From a virus (taxonomy: Duplodnaviria > Caudoviricetes), in IMG/VR virus record IMGVR_UViG_3300031841_003004, positions 1 through 53,364 of that record: 53,364 nt of DNA, one strand, 5' to 3'. Of this stretch, positions 20,477 to 29,258 are shown piece after piece (within the stretch, counting starts at the first letter, position 1; each line of letters begins with the position of its first letter). The translations under genes were made by a program, and so were the position numbers. Under the pieces are notes generated by a model that was not told where the DNA came from, did not search any database, and saw only the letters and a list, made by a program, of their open reading frames with translations.

Positions 20477-21553
20477 TTAAAAAGACCAAGTGGATCCTCC
20501 TCCCAGCGCTTGTTTGAGTTGTGCTGTAAGACTATCCTCTTGGGGGATTTGCCCACCTTGATTCGGGGTCTGAGCGCTAACGTTAGCTGCTTGATTCACA
20601 ATGCCTCTTTGACCGTCTGCCATACCTTGTTTGTAGACAGCTTGAACAATCTGTTCCATATTATCGATCACGGCTCTGTGAACATTCAGCTTGTCGTAGT
20701 CCCAGTTCCCATCCCGTTGGACGTAGGGATCAAAGAACTCGTCAAGGCGAGTGTTCTTTTCCATCAACTCTGACCTGTACTGGTCGTTAAGTCCGAACGT
20801 GAAGCTGTTTCCGTTTCCAAGGTCAAATTCGACCCCATCAAGGGCTTCCGTTTCGTACTCCATCGCGTCGTACCAGTCGTCGTCAAATGGCTCATAATCC
20901 TCTTCACTCTCTTCAAATTCTGGAGCCGAGTACCTCTCTCTGAGTTCCTCAATCCCAGCCCTTGCGTTCTGAGCGTCGATTTTCATTTGCAACTCGGAAA
21001 GCCTGACCTCATCCTCTGTGTGCAGATTCGGATCAAGTTTGTACTTGCTAGACATAAGCGTAGAGATCTCCTCCTGAGACAGGTTCGGGTAATCAGACGC
21101 CATCTGCACCTGGATAGCAGTCATGTCATCCATTTCGGAAGGGTTGAGCTGCTGATAAATGAACCAGTCTTGAGGAGCCCTGCCAGTCTCTTCGACAAAC
21201 TGAGCAATAGCTTCAATTCGTTCGTCAAGCACAGTTTCCTGTTGCTGTTCCTCGAAAAGGTCGTCCAGGGACTCTAGATTTGCACCGAGCCTTTCGCTCA
21301 AGTATTCTAGAACCGCACCTTCGACCTGATCTTCGGTGTATTGTGTTTCATATTCCTGCTGAGTCTCCTCCGTTGAGGGCTCGTATTGTTCTTCGCTCAT
21401 AGAAGCGTCGAACTGTTCTTCTTCCTGTACTGGAGCTTCAGGTTGAACCTCAGGTTGAGTTTCTTGCTGAGCTGCCGCCACTTCGGATTCGTCTACAAAA
21501 GTGAAGCCAGTAGACTCCTGACCTTCCGTAGGGTTAACTTGTTGATCTTCCAT
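20477..21553 (-). CDS. Capsid scaffolding protein (putative)
   Basis: Highly acidic (E/Q-rich) 358-aa protein immediately upstream of the capsid gene. Confidence 0.7.
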   Translation of the reverse strand: MEDQQVNPTEGQESTGFTFVDESEVAAAQQETQPEVQPEAPVQEEEQFDASMSEEQYEPSTEETQQEYETQYTEDQVEGAVLEYLSERLGANLESLDDLFEEQQQETVLDERIEAIAQFVEETGRAPQDWFIYQQLNPSEMDDMTAIQVQMASDYPNLSQEEISTLMSSKYKLDPNLHTEDEVRLSELQMKIDAQNARAGIEELRERYSAPEFEESEEDYEPFDDDWYDAMEYETEALDGVEFDLGNGNSFTFGLNDQYRSELMEKNTRLDEFFDPYVQRDGNWDYDKLNVHRAVIDNMEQIVQAVYKQGMADGQRGIVNQAANVSAQTPNQGGQIPQEDSLTAQLKQALGGGSTWSF

Positions 21554-21583
21554 AAATTGAATTTTGGCAAATATAAGTGTGAA

Positions 21584-21976
21584 TTACTTACGATATCTAG
21601 CCACCTTATTGGCTATCTTCTTGGGCTGACGCACAAACTGCTTGCCCTTTTTATTACCCTCTGCCTTGGCTCTGTTGGTAGCTGCTTTCTCTGACTTGGA
21701 AAGGCTCTTCCATGCAGCGTCAGGCAAGTAGCGCTTCTTGCCCCTCGACGGCTTACCGTCAGAGGTGCGCCACTTCTGCTTACTCCACTTGCTGAGACTG
21801 TTGCTGCTAGACTTCTTGCCCTTGTACCCGCCTCCAGCTTTCTTGTATCTAGCCGTGGCGATCTGAGCCTTACGAGCAGACCACTGCCCAGCATTCCCAC
21901 CTTTGCTACCAGCCTTTACGCTGGCTACGATTCTCTTCCAGAGAGCCCCTTTGGTTTTCTTCGCTGTCTTAGCCAT
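21584..21976 (-). CDS. Small basic phage protein (WSARKAQ family)
   Basis: GQWSARKAQ..YKKAGGGY and RYLP..AW motifs; very Lys-rich. Confidence 0.7.
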   Translation of the reverse strand: MAKTAKKTKGALWKRIVASVKAGSKGGNAGQWSARKAQIATARYKKAGGGYKGKKSSSNSLSKWSKQKWRTSDGKPSRGKKRYLPDAAWKSLSKSEKAATNRAKAEGNKKGKQFVRQPKKIANKVARYRK

Positions 21977-22154
21977 GTGTTACAGTTTTAAACTGCGCTT
22001 TGGCTACGGCTCCTGGGTGGGGCTTGTATTCCCCAGCCATGAGATAGTACCGTCCAGACTCCTCCATCCAGTGATAACCTTTCGGAGGATCGATGCTCAC
22101 TTTCTTGTTGAGCACCTTCAGCTTACCGCCCTTCTGGTACTTAACCGCCCTCAT
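21969..22154 (-). CDS. Small basic protein
   Basis: Likely start MRAVKYQKGGK at 22154, overlapping the upstream stop. Contains PPKGYHWM. Confidence 0.6.
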   Translation of the reverse strand: MRAVKYQKGGKLKVLNKKVSIDPPKGYHWMEESGRYYLMAGEYKPHPGAVAKAQFKTVTHG

Positions 22155-22411
22155 CAGCCGAAGTAAACGATATGGTTTCCTGCAGTAGAGTTTGCGTCTG
22201 TCCACCGACCGTAAATCGTAACCCCTGCGGGGATATTCGTTGCAGACAGGCTGGGCCAAAGGTTCGTGTCTTCAGAGGTCGTAGTGAGTCCAACACTTCC
22301 GCTGAAAGAAGTGATGGCTACGATTACTCGTCCATCTGGAGGGGTGATCGCAGTTCCAGTTGTCAGCGCACAACCCATCTGACCAAATGCGGCTTCGTCG
22401 TGGTTTCTCAT
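22154..22411 (-). CDS. Small structural protein
   Basis: 85-aa beta-rich ORF with IPAGVTIYGRWT, tightly packed with its neighbours. Confidence 0.55.
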   Translation of the reverse strand: MRNHDEAAFGQMGCALTTGTAITPPDGRVIVAITSFSGSVGLTTTSEDTNLWPSLSATNIPAGVTIYGRWTDANSTAGNHIVYFG

Positions 22412-22617
22412 GTTACTTTGTTTTTAGCAAGGAGAAGCTTGATCTCCTGTATGTCTTCCAGAAGCTGTTTTATGTTTTGCTTCAGTTCTCCGTTATCGTT
22501 TTCCAAGGCGTGAACCCTTGCTTTCAGCGTCGTATAGTCCGTCTGAAACTTGATCCACATGCCGATAAGTGAACCAACGATAGCGAGGAGCTCAAATTGA
22601 GTAAGTGTATCAATCAT
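22408..22617 (-). CDS. Small membrane protein with coiled coil (holin/spanin-like)
   Basis: One hydrophobic helix (LLAIVGSLIGMWI) followed by a heptad coiled coil. ATGA overlap supports the start at 22617. Confidence 0.5.
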   Translation of the reverse strand: MIDTLTQFELLAIVGSLIGMWIKFQTDYTTLKARVHALENDNGELKQNIKQLLEDIQEIKLLLAKNKVT

Positions 22618-22913
22618 GTGTTGCAGTTCCATTTATCCAGCGCAAGCTTCTTACGAGTTGGTTTTCCGTTGGGTTTTTTCAAGGGGCCCTTTACAGCACT
22701 CATTCGTCTGCAAAACGCTTCTCTCCTCTTAGCTTTTCTACTTCCCTTTTTAAGTTGAGACGGAGGCGTGGTTACTGCCATTTGTAGGTTACTACCAGTC
22801 TCTCTATTGTACTTAGCTATCCCAGCCTTCGTGAGGCCTCCTTTGGGGTCCTTATGTTTCCCCATTTTGAGTCGGACTCTTCCGCCTTTTTTGTAAGATT
22901 TACAGGCCTTCAT
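22614..22913 (-). CDS. Small basic phage protein
   Basis: MKACKSYKKGG start after a TATATTTG box. Motifs GGLTKAG..YN..TGSNL, RREAFCRRM and ALDKWNC. Confidence 0.65.
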   Translation of the reverse strand: MKACKSYKKGGRVRLKMGKHKDPKGGLTKAGIAKYNRETGSNLQMAVTTPPSQLKKGSRKAKRREAFCRRMSAVKGPLKKPNGKPTRKKLALDKWNCNT

Positions 22914-22927
22914 GAATGCAAATATAA

Positions 22928-23188
22928 TCAAGCTGGCTTTACACCGTATTCACCAGCACTCAGCGTGTAAGTCTTTGTAGAATTAGTGTCAGCGCACAAG
23001 TACGTCATACTAAAGGATTCGCCAGTAGAAACCTCCAAGGTTTCGTAAGTAGCCTCGTAAGTGCCATCATCTTGATAGCAGTCCTCTAGTTCTTGCTCTA
23101 TAAATCCGAACTCCATGTTTGGGCAATTAGCGTCTGTCCAGGTTTGCTCTAGATCACTTTGCGTAGCTATGGTAACTGTTCTAATCAT
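22928..23188 (-). CDS. Hypothetical acidic protein (possible fibre accessory)
   Basis: Start MIRTVT, immediately after the stop of the RCC1-like gene. Confidence 0.5.
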   Translation of the reverse strand: MIRTVTIATQSDLEQTWTDANCPNMEFGFIEQELEDCYQDDGTYEATYETLEVSTGESFSMTYLCADTNSTKTYTLSAGEYGVKPA

Positions 23189-23189
23189 A

Positions 23190-24494
23190 TTATGTAGCTG
23201 AAGTTGCAACCAACAAGACTTCTCCTAGCGCCTGGTTGTTTTCCCTGAACGTCAACATAACCGTATTGATTCCAACGTTTATGTCATTTCCATCAAGCAT
23301 CTGATTGATACTAGACCAAACATTGCTTCCAGGTGTGTTTTTGAAGCTGGTATTACCCATAAAGAACCCAGGAGCAAGGTTTGCATCCCAGTTTGCATAC
23401 CAAGCCCCATTCTTTTTTGCGAATATGAACTCATTGCCCAGGGATGCCGTGTGCTCAATCGTGATCAAATCTTCATAGTCCGTGTCTGTGCCGATTTGCT
23501 GATAAGTTCTATCTGAATTGGCGGGTTCAATATTAAAGTAGAAGGTCGCTCTACGAGACCCGTATAGACTACCGTCCGTCTTAATTGCGTAAAGGCAAAG
23601 TCGGCTCTTCATAAATGGCTTTTCCCAGTCGGTGTCTGTGCCTATTTGTATTGGGTAGAAGCTGTCTGTCGTGTTTCCTTGTCCCAGTGCTCCATCGTTG
23701 GCATCACCGAACGCAAAGAATTTACCACTCTTGGTTACCACCGCAGAGGCGTTGTATCCGCAGCTTATCTCAGCTATTGTCTCTGTCCAGTTTGTAGTCG
23801 CATCGGACTTGACTCTAGTCCACGGCTTGGTGCTTCCGCTGGTCGTTCCTACCCCAAGTCTTCCGAAGTAATTGCTTCCTGCGGCATACAGGTATTCGCT
23901 TCCAGTGCTACCTTTTATAGCAAGACCTCCAGTGGGAAAGTTTACGTATGCGTCGATGTCAATCCAGTCTGTGTCGCTACCAAACTGAGACCACCCGTAG
24001 TTCGTGCTGTTCGTGGTTCCAGTTCCCGTGTCTGAGCTTGCTGCGAACTGAGAGCAGTTGCCGCACCACCAAAGTTCTCCATTTGTCTTAATTGCCCAAC
24101 AACCCTGATCGAAAGGAGAAAACTTCGCCACATTAGTCAGGCACTGCACAAGCTGATGCCCGTCACCATTAACAGCTCTTCCCATTCTGTTCAGGTTGGT
24201 ATACCCCATAGAATAAAGGTTGTTAGAGCTGTCTAGTGCAAACATATGCCAGTTGTTGCACTTCATTCGAACTATGTCGGTTCGAGTAGAAAGCTGGGCT
24301 TTATAAAGGCTTACCGCATGTTCCCCGTAAAACTCCTGTGCATCAGGAACTCTCGAATTGAATCCGCCACCCTCAAAGTACAAGACTCCCGTGTTAGATT
24401 CTGAAGGACCACTGCTTCCAGCGGGTACGTCCTGTCCGTTTATAGATGCGATGTTAGCCATTTGGATTCCGTTGTATTCACTTATATCTGGCAT
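23190..24494 (-). CDS. RCC1/BLIP-II-like beta-propeller protein
   Basis: Repeats AIKTNGELW, GSNYFGRLGVG, FGDANDGALGQG, AIKTDGSLY and QIGTDTDW. Confidence 0.75.
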   Translation of the reverse strand: MPDISEYNGIQMANIASINGQDVPAGSSGPSESNTGVLYFEGGGFNSRVPDAQEFYGEHAVSLYKAQLSTRTDIVRMKCNNWHMFALDSSNNLYSMGYTNLNRMGRAVNGDGHQLVQCLTNVAKFSPFDQGCWAIKTNGELWWCGNCSQFAASSDTGTGTTNSTNYGWSQFGSDTDWIDIDAYVNFPTGGLAIKGSTGSEYLYAAGSNYFGRLGVGTTSGSTKPWTRVKSDATTNWTETIAEISCGYNASAVVTKSGKFFAFGDANDGALGQGNTTDSFYPIQIGTDTDWEKPFMKSRLCLYAIKTDGSLYGSRRATFYFNIEPANSDRTYQQIGTDTDYEDLITIEHTASLGNEFIFAKKNGAWYANWDANLAPGFFMGNTSFKNTPGSNVWSSINQMLDGNDINVGINTVMLTFRENNQALGEVLLVATSAT

Positions 24495-26716
24495 TATGCA
24501 AGCTCAATGAAGTTGGGGCTTGGGTTAAAGTAGATCTGGGAAGTGCTCATGGCATACCCCACAATCCTGACTATGTCACCTGTGGTGAACGAGCTGATAT
24601 CGTTGGTTATACCACCCTCAGTAAGGCTGACGTACAAAATATCTCCAGGGGTAAAGGTGTTAGAATAGGTGATCGACCCCCTAACGAGCATGCCATCGGT
24701 CAAAGCATTTGATCCAAGGGCTATAGCCAGCATGCCTGAAGAGGTTGACTCAGCATCGGCGTCAGCGTTGACCCACCTAGCAGTAAGGGGAGACCCTGCA
24801 GCACTCATGTACCTAAGCTGTCCAAAAGACATGCTACTACCGCTTCCAATCTTGACCACCTCTCCTTCGTATGCAGTCTGATCATACGAGGTGCTGCGGG
24901 TGACGAAATCGATCGACTGCCCCTCTAAGGTCTGCTGAGTACCACCCCCACTTACCGTTGCAAAAGACAGGTTTCCACTTCCGTCCGTCTGAATGACTTG
25001 CCCATTACTTCCGTCAGTAGCTGGCAGAGTGTAAGTGACGTCAGCAGAAAGAGATCCAGGAGCCCTAAGTACAACTGCGCTCTGCCCGCTTCCGTTAAAT
25101 TCTTCCAGCCGTATGGATCCCCCGCTTTGAAGGCCGCTGTCAAACTTTACGTTACCCACCATTTCAATCGTTGATGGGCTACCTGGAGTCACCTTAAAGG
25201 CAGCGGCACCAGAGCTGTTTTCAATTTGGAAGTAAGAGGGGTTCTCTATCTCCAAGTGATATCCGCCACAGGTAATTTTTCTGTTTGCAGACAGGGTCTG
25301 GTTTGCGTCAGCCAGGGGGTCTGGAATTACAGTGTCCCCCTCCAATGCTGTTCCAGCGGTAGTGCCGAATCCTGGGAAGGACGTCTTAGCGGTATTTGCT
25401 GTAATAGCAGACGCCTGAGCCGAAGTAATGGTAGTCGTGTCACCCGCCAAGGCGGTAGTACTCGTAGTGCCGAGTTGAAGAAGAGCTGTGTCGCCTTCCA
25501 AGGCTGTTCCAGCGGTAGTACCAAACCCTGGAAAGCTCGTCTTAGCAGTGTTAGCAGTAATAGCAGAGGCTTGTGCAGACGTTATGGTTGTGGTGTCTCC
25601 TGCGAGCGCTGTGGTTGACGTAGTCCCCAGCTGGAGCGCGTCCGTGATTCCGTAGCCAGAAATAGTTGTGGGCTTTCCAGTTAAATCCCCAAATGCACCA
25701 CTAAACAAAGAAGTGTCTCCTTCCAGCGCTGTGCCCGCCGTAGTTCCAAATCCTGGGAAGGACGTCTTAGCAGAGTTCGCAGTGATTGCAAGCGCCTGAG
25801 AAGATGTGATGGTCGTTGTGTCTCCAGCCAGGGCAGTAGTAGAGGTGGTTCCAAGCTGAAGCGGCGTAGCGAACTCCATAGCCGTCCTCCCAGCATTGAC
25901 CACAAGAACCTGTCCCGAACTACCAAATCCAGACGGCGTGTCGGTAAGGCCAAGCAATGTTGAGCTTCCGCTGCCGCTGCCGCCGCTTTGATTGACGAAC
26001 TCAAGGGCTGTCGCTCCAGAGTTTACAGCAAGAACCTGACCAGCAGATCCGAGAGAAGCAGGGACTTTGTCTAGGTCCGTAATGGATAGTTCCGTTCCGC
26101 CTCCAGAACCCACATATATACCGTTTTCAGCGATAAGCCTTCCGTTTATTGTAAACTGCGGGGCTCCAAGACCAGGGTTTCCCCCTTGTACAGTAAATGC
26201 GTCCTGAGTTCCGTTTGAAAAGGCAACCTTTCCTGTTATGGTTCCTCTGTCTGCACCAGCAAGATCCTCAGCGCTTACGGTGACAGACGTCTCCCCTTGA
26301 CCAGTGCTCCTGGTTATATCAAGTTTAGCTTCGTCGTTGTCTACAACAAGCCTACCACCAAGACCACTAGTGCCAGCTTTGTTGTGAGTGAAGATGGTTT
26401 CAGAGGACTTTTCAGACAGATCGCTTCCGATGACAAACGAGTCAACTTCCTTTCTGTTCGATATAATCGCCTCTATCTTGTCTGCAACAATCCTTGGACT
26501 GTTACCAAGGGAACCTCCGTTTTTGTCCTTAAAGTTGGACGGGTCTGACCTAACAATAAGCTCAGACTTTCTCTTTATAGAAATTTGTTCCCCTACAATA
26601 GAAACAGTAATATCCCTGAATTCGTTGAGATCTATGAACTGCTGATCGTTTTTAGCGGCAGTGTTTCTTAGCTCAAGCCTCTTAGTCTCACCGTTTCTGT
26701 ATACCCTTATCTCCAT
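24494..26716 (-). CDS. Tail fibre protein with internal repeats
   Basis: GSAGQVLAVN, TYTLPATDGSNGQV.QTDGSGNLSF and three ~50-aa repeats. C-terminal cap domain ADADAESTSSGMLAIAL. Confidence 0.75.
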   Translation of the reverse strand: MEIRVYRNGETKRLELRNTAAKNDQQFIDLNEFRDITVSIVGEQISIKRKSELIVRSDPSNFKDKNGGSLGNSPRIVADKIEAIISNRKEVDSFVIGSDLSEKSSETIFTHNKAGTSGLGGRLVVDNDEAKLDITRSTGQGETSVTVSAEDLAGADRGTITGKVAFSNGTQDAFTVQGGNPGLGAPQFTINGRLIAENGIYVGSGGGTELSITDLDKVPASLGSAGQVLAVNSGATALEFVNQSGGSGSGSSTLLGLTDTPSGFGSSGQVLVVNAGRTAMEFATPLQLGTTSTTALAGDTTTITSSQALAITANSAKTSFPGFGTTAGTALEGDTSLFSGAFGDLTGKPTTISGYGITDALQLGTTSTTALAGDTTTITSAQASAITANTAKTSFPGFGTTAGTALEGDTALLQLGTTSTTALAGDTTTITSAQASAITANTAKTSFPGFGTTAGTALEGDTVIPDPLADANQTLSANRKITCGGYHLEIENPSYFQIENSSGAAAFKVTPGSPSTIEMVGNVKFDSGLQSGGSIRLEEFNGSGQSAVVLRAPGSLSADVTYTLPATDGSNGQVIQTDGSGNLSFATVSGGGTQQTLEGQSIDFVTRSTSYDQTAYEGEVVKIGSGSSMSFGQLRYMSAAGSPLTARWVNADADAESTSSGMLAIALGSNALTDGMLVRGSITYSNTFTPGDILYVSLTEGGITNDISSFTTGDIVRIVGYAMSTSQIYFNPSPNFIELA
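25330..25862 (-). repeat. Three ~50-aa protein repeats (LQLGTTSTTALAGDTTTITSxQAxAITANxAKTSFPGFGTTAGTALEGDT)
   Basis: Visible in the translation; the DNA copies differ at synonymous positions. Confidence 0.9.
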
Positions 26717-26747
26717 TGTGAATCAACCTAATACAAATATAGGTCAA

Positions 26748-27488
26748 TTACACGGCTTGAGTTGACAGGTTTCCGCTGTTGTCGACCCCCAGGCGGTACT
26801 GAGTTCCGTTGGGTGACGTGAGTATCACTTTCTGATCAAATACGACATCCTGATCAAAGACGACATCTCCGTTGACCGTGATGTCAGGATACCCTTTTAT
26901 ATTTCCCTGGACGATGTCTATCGCGCTGATCGGTGTTCCTGATCCCGAACCGTCGTCTACAGCCAACTGAACCCTACCATAAGGTCTGCCCCCTACAACG
27001 TTTTCAGTGGTTTTGACGAAAGTACCAGATTGAAACCCTATAAGGGCGCTATTGGTATTAAGGACTACAGCGCCTCCGTTGTCTATGTCACCGTTGTGTA
27101 CGAACTCTGTTGTTTCGCTATGACCAGACGTGAGGTCGGGTTTTACGAAGTCACTGATGACGTAAGAGTCGTCTGCCACAATAACGGCTGAGGGGCGATC
27201 TAAAACTCCCTGAATAGTTTGTAGCGCTCCATTAGGATTGACTACCGTCCACTGACTTGAACCAACCTCTCTAATCTTATAGGAGGTTGCCAAAGGATAG
27301 TCTTTTATGTAGTAGGCTCCTTTTGTTGCGCTATATATAGATGCTTTATTATTAGATATAGATATATCAAGGTCCCCTGGGTTTTCTGTATTTATGATAC
27401 CCTGGACATAAGTCTGCCCCTCTGACTCTCCTTCTAAATCCAAAGTAAACCTCCCGCCTAATACGTCTATTCTTAGATAGTTACTCAT
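26748..27488 (-). CDS. Putative fibre/spike-associated structural protein
   Basis: C-terminal ILTSPNGTQYRLGVDNSGNLS fibre motif. Confidence 0.55.
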   Translation of the reverse strand: MSNYLRIDVLGGRFTLDLEGESEGQTYVQGIINTENPGDLDISISNNKASIYSATKGAYYIKDYPLATSYKIREVGSSQWTVVNPNGALQTIQGVLDRPSAVIVADDSYVISDFVKPDLTSGHSETTEFVHNGDIDNGGAVVLNTNSALIGFQSGTFVKTTENVVGGRPYGRVQLAVDDGSGSGTPISAIDIVQGNIKGYPDITVNGDVVFDQDVVFDQKVILTSPNGTQYRLGVDNSGNLSTQAV

Positions 27489-27489
27489 T

Positions 27490-28860
27490 TTATCCTAGGC
27501 CTCCTGCCCCAACAAGATTAATTCTCAAATTTTTTACTTCAAAGCTTTCAGCCAATCCAGAAATACCCCCTCCAAAAAACGAGACGCCGTTGTTAAGCAC
27601 CACAAACTCAAAATGAATTTGATGAACAACAGTGTCTATCGAAAGAGCAAAGTCACTTATGAGTTGAGGTATAACGTTTGATGTGTCTAGGTTTCCTAAA
27701 GGAAAATCAAACGTACCAGCAAAGGGAAATGGAGGTTGAACGAGATCTCCAAGTATTACCTCAGTATACGGAAGACCACTAACCGCAGTTAGGTTTGAAC
27801 CCCCCTCTTGATTGTACAAGTAAATACGACAAGCCAACTTAATGGGACTTGAGAGGAAGTCAGAGGCTGAATTCGTCGTACAAGAAGCAACAATAGTGCT
27901 CAAGGGGTCTCCGTTCGTATAAAACCTTATCGTGTGACCGACGTTTATGGTGCTTTGGCCTGAAGCTACAGAAGAAATTGGAACTCCTCCTTGGGCATTA
28001 ACCAGAAACGATATAAGATTTGTGTTTTCATTTGATCCAGCCGCTAAGTGCTCAACCACAATTCTTGGGTTTGTGAATCCACCCCCACCCACTGTAATGT
28101 CATCTCCAACCTGGTCGCCAGATACAGAGTGGTTGTTACCAAAAGAGTCGAGGCCGAATACGGCTTCCATATAGCTTACAGGACCCTCGGTAAATGAAGA
28201 TGCGGTTCCAATCAACGGCTCTGCATCTCCAGATCCTGTATGCCAAGTAGACCCAAGGTTGATGCTGTAGTTTCTATACGATTCATCCAATCCAACACCA
28301 AAGTTGCCCAGCAAAGACAAAATGTCGGACACGGTCACGATGCCGTCCCCGTTAACATCTCCTGTAAGACCAGTGGTTGAGTCACTGTATACAGTTATAT
28401 CGTTTCCTGTCGTTTCCGACAAGTGTATCGCCAGCTGCTCCCCAAAGTAGTGTGTAATTATAGATCCAAGATCCTCCCCCGTTATCTTTCTGAACAGATC
28501 GTCAGTGCTGTCATAAACCCCGAAGCTATACCTGTCCTGATTCTCTTCGGTATTTACGACAAATGAGGTAGCCCTAGCTGGTGAAGTGGAATCGACTCCA
28601 TCTGGCGGATCAATAAGGGGGTATAAAGAAAACTCAGAGGCGATCTTGGTCCAGCTGTTTGCGTCATCCCACGTTACACCAGAATAAACCTCAAGGTCCC
28701 CATCAACAACTGACAGGTACCCTGAGGTTCTGAATTCCGTGTCTAGTGAATCTCTATCGTCAGAGCTACCAAATATTCCAACGCCCTTGACCTTGTTTCC
28801 AGCAAGATCAAGTATCGGCCCGCCACACGATTCTAGTACGTCGCCGATGAATACTGGCAT
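27490..28860 (-). CDS. Structural protein with dockerin/EF-hand-like Ca-binding motif
   Basis: GDVNGDGIVTVSDILSLLGNFG. N-terminus resembles that of the 31354 gene. Confidence 0.6.
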   Translation of the reverse strand: MPVFIGDVLESCGGPILDLAGNKVKGVGIFGSSDDRDSLDTEFRTSGYLSVVDGDLEVYSGVTWDDANSWTKIASEFSLYPLIDPPDGVDSTSPARATSFVVNTEENQDRYSFGVYDSTDDLFRKITGEDLGSIITHYFGEQLAIHLSETTGNDITVYSDSTTGLTGDVNGDGIVTVSDILSLLGNFGVGLDESYRNYSINLGSTWHTGSGDAEPLIGTASSFTEGPVSYMEAVFGLDSFGNNHSVSGDQVGDDITVGGGGFTNPRIVVEHLAAGSNENTNLISFLVNAQGGVPISSVASGQSTINVGHTIRFYTNGDPLSTIVASCTTNSASDFLSSPIKLACRIYLYNQEGGSNLTAVSGLPYTEVILGDLVQPPFPFAGTFDFPLGNLDTSNVIPQLISDFALSIDTVVHQIHFEFVVLNNGVSFFGGGISGLAESFEVKNLRINLVGAGGLG

Positions 28861-29225
28861 TACTCTACGTTGATATAGTCAATGCAGCCCTTGATGTCAC
28901 TTGCAGTCAAGTCGCCGCAGTCTTCTTCTTTCAGGTTGATCATCTCGATCTCCACCTTGTACTTCTTGTCCAGCAAGGCCCTAACGTCCTCCCTGAACTT
29001 CTCAGCTGCCTCGTCTGGCACGACCTGCTTTCCGTCCTCGTCGTAGGAGGCTGTCTTCAGGTCTTCGATGTACTCGTTGCGCTTGGTCTCAAACGGAGAC
29101 ACGATGGCCTCCAAAGACTTAATGTTCTTCGCAATCATGTACGTCTGCTTAAACGGGAGCTTTGCATTAGCCACCTTATTGAAGCCTTGCAGGGCCTCAA
29201 TACACTGTTCCATGGTAATCGTCAT
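28860..29225 (-). CDS. Hypothetical helical protein (possible fibre chaperone)
   Basis: LPFKQTYMIAKNIKSL, with its own TATCTTAG box and GC3-rich codons. Confidence 0.5.
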   Translation of the reverse strand: MTITMEQCIEALQGFNKVANAKLPFKQTYMIAKNIKSLEAIVSPFETKRNEYIEDLKTASYDEDGKQVVPDEAAEKFREDVRALLDKKYKVEIEMINLKEEDCGDLTASDIKGCIDYINVE

Positions 29226-29258
29226 GTGAATTGAATTAGTCCCGCTAAGATACGAAAC

